NCBI GenBank assembly: GCA_964016885.1
Contig: OZ024741.1
Span: 2,418,001-2,482,000, forward strand
Length of the DNA stretch: 64,000 nucleotides
Direction of reading: 5' to 3'
Origin: Eledone cirrhosa
Taxonomy: Eukaryota
The position numbers were made by a program, and so were the translations under genes. Shown here piece after piece: positions 1 through 12,269 of the stretch (positions within the stretch are counted from its first letter, which is position 1; the number at the start of each line of letters is the position of its first letter). The notes under the pieces are model-generated. The model had not been told where the DNA came from and did no database searches. It saw nothing but the letters and a program-made list of their open reading frames with translations.

Positions 1-690
1 TGGGCGCCCGGGCAGAGACCCTGCAAAAAAACTCTGTCCGAGGTGCGTGCGAGACTAAGAAAACCGTCGCGCACGCATTCGTACACTGCCGGGGCGTCAC
101 TGACCTATGGGGCTATGTACAAAGACTATTGTCGCGGCTGGGACCAATCCGGTTGACCACCGAGTCCATTGTCATGATCAAACCGCCACCCTCCTTCAAA
201 AACGAAGGAGAAGCGGTTTTCCTTTGTGTGATAGCTATGGCGAAAGAGGTTGTATGGTGGACAAGGTTGAAAGGGCTGAGATCAGACACCTTTCTCTCCG
301 GCCAACAACTGATTCTTTTTTTCAAATACCACTTTGGATGAAGAATCGGGATGGAGAGAGAGGTGCTGTACCCCAGCAAGTTTTATGAAAGGTGGGTGAA
401 AGTGGCGAGAATGGCCCGAGTGAATGGGCCTTCTCTCTATATCAGCCTGTAGGTTGAGGAAAAAGAGGAGGAGAGGAAAGGAGTACAAACTCTTCGTACT
501 ACTGGAGATGAGGGTTGCACATTTTTTTTCGTCTTACCCATATGTAATGTCTCCCCCTATTGGGGAAAATCGACTAATTTTTAAATTGCATTTGTGATAA
601 TATTTTACACGTTTTTATTGTATGTAAACTTCCCCTTTTGTATTTGTCCCCTTCTTTTGTGCCCCTGTGGCTAATAAAGAAACATATCTA
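1..690 (+). mobile_element. 3' end of Tx1 (L1-clade) non-LTR retrotransposon: ORF2 C-terminus and 3' UTR
   Basis: Degenerate CPRC..H..C zinc knuckle and AVFLCVIAMAKEVVWWTRLKG, as in the other copies; 3' UTR ends AATAAAGAAA followed by TATCTATC. Confidence 0.9.
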
Positions 691-755
691 TCAACTTTAA
701 CATACATGGACATGGTGGAATACAGAAGTACATTAGAAATATATATATGTGTGTA

Positions 756-820
<65 letters not shown>

Positions 821-1540
821 ATGTGTGTGTGTGTGTGTGTGTTTGTTTATTTAGGTAAACAAAAGGGGTAACACTGTTAATTTATTTCGTGTTATTGTTG
901 TTGTTGTTGTTGCTATATATTGTTGTTGTTATACAATAGCTTCCTGAGAAAAGTTAATAGAACAGAAATGAAGCAATAAGGTAAACTATAGTAAAGACAT
1001 GGGAGAGAGAGGGGGAGGGGGGAGAGAGAAGGGGGAGAAAGAAAGGAAAAGAGACAGAAAGAGAATGAAAATATAAATTACCGTTGAAAGGAAGTTCCAT
1101 TCAATCTGTTGACAGCAACATATCAATATATGGAGTATAGCATTGCCGCCTCCCTGCTATACCGACAGATTTATTGTACCTCGCTCCCAGATAGATACAT
1201 TACATATACACACACATGTATATATATATATATAATAAAAAAATTCCATCACACGCATACCATCCATTAAACAAACATGCACACACATACCATCCCGTAG
1301 AACAAACATGCACGCACGCACACGCACACACACAGACACACACACATACATACACACACAGACACTGACACATACACACACGCACACACCATCCCGTAGT
1401 ACAAACATGAACACACACACAAACACGATTGGGAAACAGCTTTTCTTTGAAATATGTTGTATTGAAAATATCTTTCATGTTTCCTTCTTAGTTATTTATG
1501 ATTAGTTTGGAACAACAAAGTCCCTACATCCATGTGGGTA

Positions 1541-1578
1541 TCAACGTTTCGAGGCCTTCACAGTCTCATCATCAGAAT
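1541..1578 (-). ncRNA. Minimal hammerhead ribozyme motif (PLE pLTR remnant)
   Basis: Minus strand att-CTGATGA-tgagactgtgaaggcctc-GAAAC-GTT-gat; palindromic AACGTT in place of stem III. Confidence 0.65.
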
Positions 1579-1830
1579 CAGTATGGTCATACTAGTGGTA
1601 TATTAATAAGGGTATATTAATAGTGGTATATTAATAAGGGTATATTAATAGTGGTATATTAATAATGTTTGTAAAAGATCATGATAGTGGTGAGAAAACA
1701 TAGACTTCGGATTTCGAATTTGTTATTGCACTTAAACCTGTTTTCACATATGTTACATGAACACATATCTATCTAGGGCGGGTAAAATAACTGATTCAAA
1801 GCACCAGACAAGTTTTCTGGAGTATATAAT

Positions 1831-2050
1831 TCAATGATATTAAATAAATGGAAACTATATTTATAAAACCATATTTATTCTATTATATATATTTCAAGGG
1901 TACCAAAACTTTGGTACGCTTTCATCAGATAAAATACAAAGCTTGTTTTATAAATTTTGACATAACCAAGAAAAAGATACCTTAACGGTTCAAGTTGTCC
2001 TATCCAAGGAAAACTTGAACCGTTAAGGTATCTTTGACAGCAACCTATCA

Positions 2051-2091
<41 letters not shown>

Positions 2092-2135
2092 GAATAAATA
2101 TGGTTTTATAAATATAGTTTCCATTTATTTAATAT

Positions 2136-2140
<5 letters not shown>
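1831..2140. mobile_element. Fold-back PLE pLTR-like unit (family C) with hammerhead at 1878-1936 (-)
   Basis: Arms 1831-1890 and 2082-2140 are inverted; minus strand CTGATGA-aagcgtaccaaa/tttggtaccctt-GAAAT-atat-ATA; inner hairpin 1973-2035; homologous to the 20.3 kb and 46.6 kb copies. Confidence 0.8.
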
Positions 2141-2209
<69 letters not shown>

Positions 2210-2211
2210 GT

Positions 2212-2336
2212 AGGTCCCGGGTTGAGTCGGGGATAACCACAGTAAGTAAGGTACTCAATACATGGCAGAGTAAAATTTTTTTATTTTATAGAAGGAGCTT
2301 CTACAGGACTAGTACTGTTTCATTCAGATGAAATCT
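2212..2336 (-). mobile_element. PLE pLTR-like fragment (family B) with the 3' half of the hammerhead and the tail
   Basis: Homologous to 40893-41030 and 42265-42398; retains GAAACag..ctGTA; flanked by (TA)n. Confidence 0.75.
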
Positions 2337-2481
2337 TATATATATATAAGACTATATATAAGACTAAATATATATATATATATGTGTGTGCGTGTGCACG
2401 CGTGTGTGTCTGTGCATGTATATGTGTGTGTGTGTATGTGTGTATGCATGTATAAATATGTGTGTGTGTATGCGTGCATGC

Positions 2482-2526
<45 letters not shown>

Positions 2527-2530
<4 letters not shown>

Positions 2531-3965
2531 GAAATGACAGGAGGCTGGATTTGTGTAAATCCTTGAAAGGTTTATTATACTATGATCATTTCAATGACCG
2601 GGTTTCGTATGAATCCGGTGATATCATCAGGTATTCGAAATATAATACGTGAATGTAATAGATAAAATCCATGGGGCTGAAAATCGAGGACCCGAGGGCG
2701 ACCGCTATTCTGTTCCTTCAACCTCAGCCGGTCGCCCTCGAGTGACGTGGCTAAAGTTTATAGTATGCTACTACCGGTCAGATAAACGAAAACAGAAAGG
2801 GATGGGAACATAAGTTAACGTCAATCTCATGACACAAGGTAAAAGAAAGAAAGAAAGGAAGGAGAGAGAAGAAGGGGGAAGAAAGAAGAAGAGAAGCCAG
2901 GGTTAATGTCAGCTAAAAGAAGAAAGGCAACTACTACCGGTCAGATATAGGCAAGCAAGAGGGGGAAGGAAGATAAGTCTGCGGGAGGAAGACAGGAAGA
3001 ATGGAGTAGAGAAGGAAGAGAAGAGAGAAGTAGAAAAGTAAGGGTTGATGGCTACAAGAAGGAAGATAGAAAGAAAGAGGAAGAAAGGTCGATATTAATG
3101 TCAGACCACAGTCAGGCCAGGAGTGGCGCAGGAAAATTTTCACAGGGACCCGCATCTTAGCAGAGGTGTATATATTGGGAGTCAGTGTGTTACAGTGTTT
3201 AGACTTCTAGGATGAAGTTAAAAAAATTAATAATCAATATTCAATATTAAAGAGGTTAGAAAATTTAAAGTTCAACAGTTTAACATTTTCAGGTTGATAT
3301 ATCTAATAGTTCCGATTTGTTCTGTAATTTAAAGGTACTATGTGGCGGTTAAAACACCAGCCGCGCCCCGGTCCCCATGGCGAATTAAGCCACGCCGAGT
3401 ATTTTCATTTACCGAAAGAAGGGGAAATTTATTTTTCCAAGCACTCCAGGTCAGCTCGTGCGCCAGGGAGCTGGTCGCGCCGCCATTAAAACCCACCCAA
3501 CAGTCCGACAGAAAGTTGGAACTTTAAAATTTTGCTTAGAGAAGTAGAAAAGTAATGGTTGATGGCTACAAGTAGGAAGGTAGAAAGAGAGAGGAAGGAA
3601 GGTCGATATTAATGTCAGACCACAGTCAGGCCAGGAGTGGCGCGAGAAAATTTTTACAGGGACCCGCATCTTAGCAGAGGTGAATATATTGGGAGTCAGT
3701 GTGTTACAATGTTTATACCTATAGGATGAAGTTAAAAAATTAATAATCAATATTGAAATGATCATAGTATAATAAACCTTTCAAGGATTTATACAAATCC
3801 AGCCTCCTGTCATTTCATTATAATATTTAACTCCGTAATAGCACCACCAACTACAAAAACAAAGACGGTTGAACTGCCTTACGTTGAGTACTCTCTATAT
3901 TATTGCATTACGATTGACCATACGGAATAGACCAGCTCTATACAGTGGTGAACCTCAAACCTGAA
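2527..3965. mobile_element. Penelope-like element remnant (family A) with inverted terminal arms and an internal ~230 bp duplication
   Basis: 2527-2594 is the reverse complement of 3752-3822; 3022-3248 repeats at 3537-3753; (TA)n on both sides; hammerhead in the left arm. Confidence 0.8.
2577..2634 (-). ncRNA. Type I minimal hammerhead ribozyme
   Basis: atac-CTGATGA-(stem II accggattc/gaaacccggt)-GAAAT-gatc-ATA-gtat; palindromic GATC loop III. Confidence 0.85.
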
Positions 3966-4544
3966 TATATATATATATATATAAACATGAGAAGAAAGAA
4001 GAATACTGCGTGGTTGCACATGGGTTACATATGATAATAATAGTCTTTCGTCAGTGATTTGCCAACCATCATTGATATTTCATCGCATTAAAAATCATAT
4101 ACCTCAGGTTGGTGCGAGCAATAACTAAAAAAAGCTATTGGGACAAGTAAATCGCGTAAGGCGAGTGAGACAAGTAAACAACATAGAAGGATGAAAGCAA
4201 CGCAAAGATGGGAATAAACAAGCAACATGGTTATCCGGTCAGCATAAACTGGGTGGATTTCATGAGCGTTCGCGATACAGACCGTCCAACGTGAGTGAGA
4301 TGTGAGCAAGAAGAGAACACACTACTAGCCAAACGGGAGGAAGTGAGAAGGGGAGAAACAGAGAGTGAGTGTGTGGAAGTGCGAGGAAGAGGTCAATCGA
4401 GAGAAAGTGTAACTGACAGAGGGGGCAAAAGAAGGTGAGAGCAACAGAGAGAACGGGGAAGCAGTAAGAGAGAAACAGACAAACGCAGCTGAGGTAAATA
4501 TATATATATGTATGTGTGTGTGTGGGTGTGCACGCATGTATGTA

Positions 4545-4575
4545 GAGAGAGAGAGAGGGAGAGAGAGAGAGAGAG

Positions 4576-4658
<83 letters not shown>
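4545..4658. repeat. (GA)n microsatellite
   Basis: Direct reading. Confidence 0.95.
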
Positions 4659-4660
<2 letters not shown>

Positions 4661-4899
4661 GTATTATACAACAGTAGTCTGGGAGAGGTCAGATGTATTA
4701 ATATAGTTACTCAGGTCAGAAACTAGAGGGAGCTGTGTAGATGACTTTACATTTATTGTGAAGTTTAGTGTCGCTAAATCTAACACACTACTCACACCCT
4801 CCCTCACTCTACAGATCACTCTCTTCTTTTCTCCTCCCACACATCAAATACCTCCCTCCCCCCCACACACTCCTACTCATGCCATGACATAGGAAATTA

Positions 4900-7800
4900 C
4901 ACAGCCACACACACACATACAGGCAGACACACACACACATACAGGCAGCTACACACACATACAGGCAGCCACACACACACAGGCAGCCACACACATATAC
5001 AGGCAGCCACACACACATACAGGCAGCCACACACACACACACAGGCAGCCACACACACAGGCAGCCACACACACAGGCAACCACACACATATACAGGCTG
5101 CCACACACACACATACAGGCAGCCACACACACACAAGCAGCCATACACACACACATACAGACAGCCACACACACAAGCAGCCACACACACATATACAGGC
5201 AATCACACACACGAGCAGTCACACACACAAGCAGCCACACACACACACAGGCAGCCACACACACACAGGCAGCCACACACACACAAGCAGCCACACACAC
5301 AGGCAGCCACACACACACAAGCAGCCACACACACACAGGCAGCCACACACACACAGGCAGCCACACACACACAGGCAGCCACACACACACAGGCAGCCAC
5401 ACACACACAAGCAGCCACACACACAGGCAGCCACACACACACAAGCAGCCACACACACACAGGCAGCCACACACACACAGGCAGCCACACACACACAAGC
5501 AGCCATACACACACAAGCAGCCACACACACACAAGCAGCCACACACATACAGGCAGCCACACACACACAAGCAGCCACACACATACAGGCAGCCACACAC
5601 ACACAAGCAGCCACACACACACAGAAGCAGCCACACACAGAGAAGCAGCCACACACACACAAGCAGCCACACACACACAAGCAGCCACACACACAGGCAG
5701 CCACACACACACAGGCAGCCACACACACACAGGCAGCCACACACACACAAGCAGCCACACACACACAAGCAGCCACACACACACAAGCAGCCACACACAC
5801 AGGCAGCCACACACACACAAGCAGCCACACACACACAAGCAGCCACACACACACAAGCAGCCACACACACACAAGCAGCCACACACACAAAGGCAGCCAC
5901 ACACACACAAGCAGCCACACACACACAGGCAGCCACACACACACAAGCAGCCACACACACACAAGCAGCCACACACACACAGGCAGCCACACACACACAA
6001 GCAGCCACACACAGACAGGCAGTCACACACACACAAGCAGCCACACACACACAGGCAGCCACACACACACAAGCAGCCACACACACAGGCAGCCACACAC
6101 ACACAAGCAGCCACACACAGACAGGCAGCCACACACACACACAAGCAGCCACACACACACAGGCAGCCACACACACACAAGCAGCCACACACACAAGCAG
6201 CCACACACACACAGGCAGCCACACACACACAAGCAGCCACACACACAGGCAGCCACACACACAGAAGCAGCCACACACACACAAGCAGCCACACACAGAC
6301 AGGCAGCCACACACACACACAAGCAGCCATACACACACAAGCAGCCACACACACACAAGCAGCCACACACATACAGGCAGCCACACACACACAAGCAGCC
6401 ACACACACAGGCAGCCACACACACACAGGCAGCCACACACACAGGCAGCCACACACACAAGCAGCCACACACACACAGGCAGCCACACACACACACAAGC
6501 AGCCACACACACACAAGCAGCCACACACACACAAGCAGCCACACACACACAAGAAGCCACACACACACAAGCAGCCACACACACACAGGCAGCCACACAC
6601 ACACACAGGCAGCCACACACACACAAGCAGCCACACACAGACAGGCAGCCACACACACACAAGCAGCCACACACACACAAGCAGCCACACACACACAGGC
6701 AGCCACACACACACAAGCAGCCACACACACAGGCAGCCACACACACACAAGCAGCCACACACACACAAACAGCCACACACACAGGCAGCCACACACACAG
6801 AAACAGCCACACACACACAGGCAGCCACACACACACAAGCAGCCACACACACACAGGCAGCCACACACACACAGGCAGCCACACACACACAGGCAGCCAC
6901 ACACACACAGGCAGCCACACACAAGCAGCCACACACACAGGCAGCCACACACACACAGGCAGCCACACACACACAGGCAGCCACACACACACAAGCAGCC
7001 ATACACACAGGCAGCCACACACACACAGGCAGCCACACACACACAGGCAGCCACACACACACAAGCAGCCACACACACAAGCAGCCACACACACACAGGC
7101 AGCCACACACACACAGGCAGCCACACACACACAGGCAGCCACACACACACAGGCAGCCACACACACACAAGCAGCCACACACACAGGCAGCCACACACAC
7201 ACAGGCAGCCACACACACAGGCAGCCACACACACACAGGCAGCCACACACACACAGGCAGCCACACACACACAAGCAGCCACACACACACAAGCAGCCAC
7301 ACACACACAGGCAGCCACACACACACAGGCAACCACACACACACAAGCAGCCACACACACAGAAGCAGCCACACACACACAAGCAGCCACACACACACAG
7401 GCAGCCACACACACACAAGCAGCCACACACACACAGGTAGCCACACACACACAGGCAGCCACACACACACAGGCAGCCACACACACACAGGCAGCCACAC
7501 ACACACAAGCAGCCACACACACACAGGCAGCCACACACACACAAGCAGCCACACACACACAGGCAGCCACACACACACAATCAGCCACACACACACAAGC
7601 AGCCACACACACACAAGCAGCCACACACACAGGCAGCCACACACACACAGGCAGCCACACACACACAGGCAGCCACACACACACAGGCAGCCACACACAC
7701 ACAAGCAGCCACACACACAAGCAGCCACACACACAGGCAGCCACACACACACAAGCAGCCACACACACATAGGCAGCCACACACACACAAGCAGCCACAC

Positions 7801-8522
7801 ACACACAAGCAGCCACACACACACAGGCAGCCACACACACACAGGCAGCCACACACACACAGGCAGCCACACACACACAAGCAGCCACACACACACAGAA
7901 GCAGCCACACACACAGAAGCAGCCACACACACACAAGCAGCCACACACACACAAGCAGCCACACACACAGGCAGCCACACACACACAGGCAGCCACACAC
8001 ACACAGGCAGCCACACACACACAAGCAGCCACACACACACAAGCAGCCACACACACACAAGCAGCCACACACACAGGCAGCCACACACACACAAGCAGCC
8101 ACACACACACAAGCAGCCACACACACACAAGCAGCCACACACACACAAGCAGCCACACACACAAAGGCAGCCACACACACACAAGCAGCCACACACACAC
8201 AGGCAGCCACACACACACAAGCAGCCACACACACACAAGCAGCCACACACACACAGGCAGCCACACACACACAAGCAGCCACACACAGACAGGCAGCCAC
8301 ACACACACAGGCAGCCACACACACACAAGCAGCCACACACACACAGGCAGCCACACACACACAAGCAGCCACACACACACAAGCAGCCACACACACACAG
8401 GCAGCCACACACACACAGGCAGCCACACACACACAGGCAGCCACACACACACAAGCAGCCACACACACACAAGCAGCCACACACACACAAGCAGCCACAC
8501 ACACACAAGCAGCCACACACAT
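4900..8522. repeat. Minisatellite with ~16-20 bp unit (CA)n-A(A/G)GCAGC
   Basis: About 200 tandem units; explains the long Cys/Val-rich ORFs. Confidence 0.95.
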
Positions 8523-8611
8523 GCCACAATTCCACTGATATATGTACCTATACATAAAACTCTAGAAGACATTGCCTTTCTGTTGTCATAATTTAAAAAC
8601 TATATCATCTT

Positions 8612-8659
<48 letters not shown>

Positions 8660-8662
<3 letters not shown>

Positions 8663-8752
8663 ATTTTTATTTTTATATTTATTTTTATTTTTATTTTTAT
8701 TTTTATTTTTATTTTTATTTTTATTTTTATTTTTATTTTTATTTTTATTTTA
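8660..8752. repeat. (TTTTTA)n microsatellite
   Basis: Direct reading. Confidence 0.9.
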
Positions 8753-8873
8753 CTCTTATCTTATTTTACTCCTTTTACTTTACTCTTTAAACTCCTCCCA
8801 ACTTATGGTATCCCCACATATATTCTTCTGTTTTGGCTTTGTCAATGCTTGTATACTATGTATTTACTCTTTA

Positions 8874-8919
8874 TGCTCTGAAGAGTCCCACTTCTAGTGT
8901 GGACGAAACACTGTTAGCA
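8874..8919 (+). ncRNA. Type I hammerhead ribozyme motif
   Basis: tgct-CTGAAGA-gtcccac-ttcta-gtgtggac-GAAAC-act-GTT-agca; stems I and II pair. Confidence 0.8.
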
Positions 8920-8970
8920 ATTAAAGATATACCTATGTTCTAAGCGCTCTTTGTTGTTAATTGTATTGTG

Positions 8971-9067
<97 letters not shown>

Positions 9068-9126
9068 TAGGTGATTCAGTAAATTACAGATGGTGGTATC
9101 AAACAAGCACTCTATGCACAGGAAGA

Positions 9127-9187
<61 letters not shown>

Positions 9188-9402
9188 CTTTCTCCTGAGT
9201 CCTGTATTTCCGTTGCTGTGGCAATGCGGCTGGACTGCCGATGGCTATATTTCAATATTTGATTTACTAAGCTGTCTAAACGTATTGTTATTACTCTGGG
9301 GTACTCTTCCCATCCGAGTGCTAAAGCTACATACCGAATTTGCATTCGTAAGCTTGGCCGCAAACTAAAGCTTCGTTTATGCTGTACTAATATATATATA
9401 TA

Positions 9403-9890
9403 TTCGGGTTTGAAGGTTCACCACTGGATAGAGCTGATCAATTCCGTATGGTCAATCTTAGTGTAATAATATGGAGAGTACTCAACGTAAAGCAGTTCAA
9501 CTGTCTTCGTTTTTGTAGTTGGTGGGGCTAGTACGGAGATAAATCTTATAATAAAATTACAGGAGGCTGGACTTGTGTAAATCCTTGAAAGGTTTATTAT
9601 ACTATGATCATTTCAATGACTGGGTTCCGTATGAATACGGTGATATCATCAGGTATTCGAAATAAAATAAATGAATGTAATAGGTAAAATCCATGGGGCT
9701 AAAAATTAAAGACAGGAGGACGACCGACCATCTAGCATCTTCCACTTTAGCCGGTCGCCCTCAATTATTGTATTTCGAATACCTGATGATATCACCGGAT
9801 TCATACGGAACCCGGTCATTGAAATGATCATAGTATAATAAACCTTTCAAGGATTTAAACAAGTCCAGCCTCCTGTCATTTTATTATATT
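9403..9890. mobile_element. Fold-back PLE pLTR unit (family A) with two oppositely oriented hammerheads (9599-9656 minus; 9779-9836 plus)
   Basis: 9548-9664 is inverted against 9771-9888; both cores intact; TA-rich flanks. Confidence 0.85.
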
Positions 9891-9953
9891 GTATATATAT
9901 ATATATAGTGACGAAACATAAGTCAATTGTATGAACTCATAATCCTTTATTTA

Positions 9954-10007
9954 CTGCTATATATATTTCGATGATAGCCATTGAATGGCTATGACCTCAT
10001 CGGGCAG
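9954..10007 (-). ncRNA. Hammerhead motif (family G) with core variant CCGATGA
   Basis: ctgc-CCGATGA-ggtcatagcca/tggctatcatc-GAAAT-atat-ATA-gcag; intact homologue at 43786-43838. Confidence 0.7.
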
Positions 10008-10090
10008 TTAGTCAGTTCTTAGATATGCCAGCTCTGTGTTTATAGTGTTGATGGTATATATATATATATATATATACATATATAGAGAGA

Positions 10091-10140
10091 CTTTCCTGAT
10101 GATTTTTGTCCAATGAAACAGTTCTAGGCTTGTAGGAGCC
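10091..10140 (+). ncRNA. Hammerhead motif (family B-like)
   Basis: ttc-CTGATGA-tttttgtccaat-GAAACag-ttctaggc-ttGTA-gga. Confidence 0.75.
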
Positions 10141-10387
10141 ATTTCTTCTACATAACTTGGTATATTTTCACCCAACTTGTAGAAATCTTATAATGAAACC
10201 AGTCGTCTGGGAAGTGATATATTTGATATGAAATATGAAATAATACAGCCAATTATCCACACAATACAATTAGTTAGCACCCCAAACGTTTAATTGGGAA
10301 TATATTCAGCTATTTCCTAATGTTTGTTGAGTGAGTTGGAATTTGGCCGGAGTATCGCTTTTAGCTTTCTCCGATTATGTATTTATA

Positions 10388-10441
<54 letters not shown>

Positions 10442-10491
10442 TGTAAACGAAACTTCCTCGTTTCTTCATATAAATATATATAGATAGATAG

Positions 10492-10755
10492 ATTTCTTTA
10501 TTAGCCACAAGGGCGCAACAAGAAAGGGGACAATACAAAGACATGCCGGGGATTTTACATACAGTCGTGTAAAAAATATAAAAACAAACAATTTCAACAA
10601 TCGAAATCCCCAATAGGGGGGAGGCGCCACAAATGGGTTGTTTAATACCCCGTCGATAGAACAACCCTCAACTCGAGGAGCGTGTTGTGCAAGTGCTCCT
10701 TTCTTCCTTTTGCTCTCTTCCTCAACCTACAGGCTTATAAACAGAGAAGGCCCAT
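10492..10755 (-). mobile_element. Tx1 3' end inserted in (GATA)n
   Basis: Nearly the reverse complement of 13890-14152; TAGA repeats on both flanks. Confidence 0.9.
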
Positions 10756-10904
10756 AGATAGATAGATAGATGAACAGTTTAAAAATAAATGTATTACATA
10801 CGAATATATGATATAATATAGGTAATTATGTAATATATAACAGCAAGCAAACATACGAATATATGATATAATATAGGTAATTATGTAATATATAACAGCA
10901 AGCA

Positions 10905-11844
10905 AACAGCCACAGGAAACAAGTACCACCAATCTCTGGGAGGGCCCTGTAGAAACAGTAGACAGCTTCTGCTACCTAGGTGACCGAATTAGCAACGGAG
11001 GTGGGTGCTCAGAAAGTACAATAACTAGGGTAAGAACGGGATGGAAGAAGTTTAGGGAACTACTACCACTGCTAGCTGCAAAAGGCTTCTCCCTCAGAAT
11101 GAAAGGCAGACTGTATGATGCGTGTATCCGAACAGCGATGTTGCATGGTAGTGAGACCTGGGCGCTGAAGGTGGAAGACTTACGTAGATTAGAGAGAAAC
11201 GAAGCCTGCATGCTCCGATGGATGTGTAACAGTAATATACGTGAACGACAAAGCATAAATGAATTGAGAGAGAGACTGAGCATAAGAGGAATCAAATGCT
11301 GCGTGCAGGAGAGGCGGTTACGCTGGTATGGACATGTGATGCGTATGAAGGATGACAGCTGCATAAAAAGGTGCAGAGCACTAGAAGTTGATGGAAACCG
11401 CGGAGTGGGGAGACCCAAGATGACTTGGGATGAGGTGATAAAAGCCGACCTTACCCAACTACACCTCTCAAAGTCAATGACACACGACCGTGACTTCTGG
11501 CGTCACGCAGTAATACAGAGTACCCGACCTCCCATGGGTACATGCTGAAGCATATAAACAATATGCCCCCCCCCCCCACCGCAAGGTGGTCGTGGAGGTG
11601 CCACGGCAAAAAAGCACCCAGCCCACACTGTAAAGTGGACGTGTAGGCGCCACGAAAAAGCACCCAGCACTCACTGTAAATGAGGTTGGTGTTAGGAAGG
11701 GCATCCAGCTGTAGAAATCAAGCCAGATCAGTTCCTGTATGAGCAAGGCATGGTCAGCCGACCAGACACTGCCCACAACAGGACAACCCGTCTAACCCAT
11801 GCTAGCGTGGAAGAACGGACGTAAAACGGTGATGATGATGATGA

Positions 11845-11847
<3 letters not shown>
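10905..11847 (+). mobile_element. 5'-truncated RTE-clade LINE (post-RT region and 3' UTR ending in (GAT)n)
   Basis: ORF 11099-11548 with LHGSETW, RRLRWYGHVMRM, GRPKMTW, DRDFWR; FCYLGD upstream; GAT-repeat tail. Confidence 0.9.
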
Positions 11848-11901
<54 letters not shown>

Positions 11902-12003
11902 TATATTTACATGTATATATATGTACGTATGTGTGTGTGTACGTATGTATGTTCTCTATTTTTCTGCTCCTCTATATATCTGTGTGGTGGTGGAGATGAT
12001 GTC

Positions 12004-12034
<31 letters not shown>

Positions 12035-12269
12035 TTCAATACTGACCAGTAGCAATGGTCAGCAGCTCCACGGACAATGCTACTGAAACAGAATCACTTT
12101 CCTCTTTCAATATATTTCTTTAGATTTCTATACCTTTCTCTTTCCTTCAGCTCACTCTCCTCTACCTGTCTACCTGTCTACCTGTCTATCTACCTGTCTA
12201 TCTACCTGTCTACCTGTCTACCTGTCTACCTGTCTATCTGCCTGTCTATCTAGCTATCTACCTATCTAC

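Noticed and set aside
4900-8522. CRISPR-like repeat-spacer periodicity
   Set aside because: Spacers are only (CA)n, with no unique spacers, no cas genes and a eukaryotic context
4809-8572. Cys/Val-rich ORFs of 850-1110 aa (metallothionein- or keratin-like appearance)
   Set aside because: Open in all three minus frames because the minisatellite lacks stop codons; unit length varies by 2 nt, so frame is not preserved
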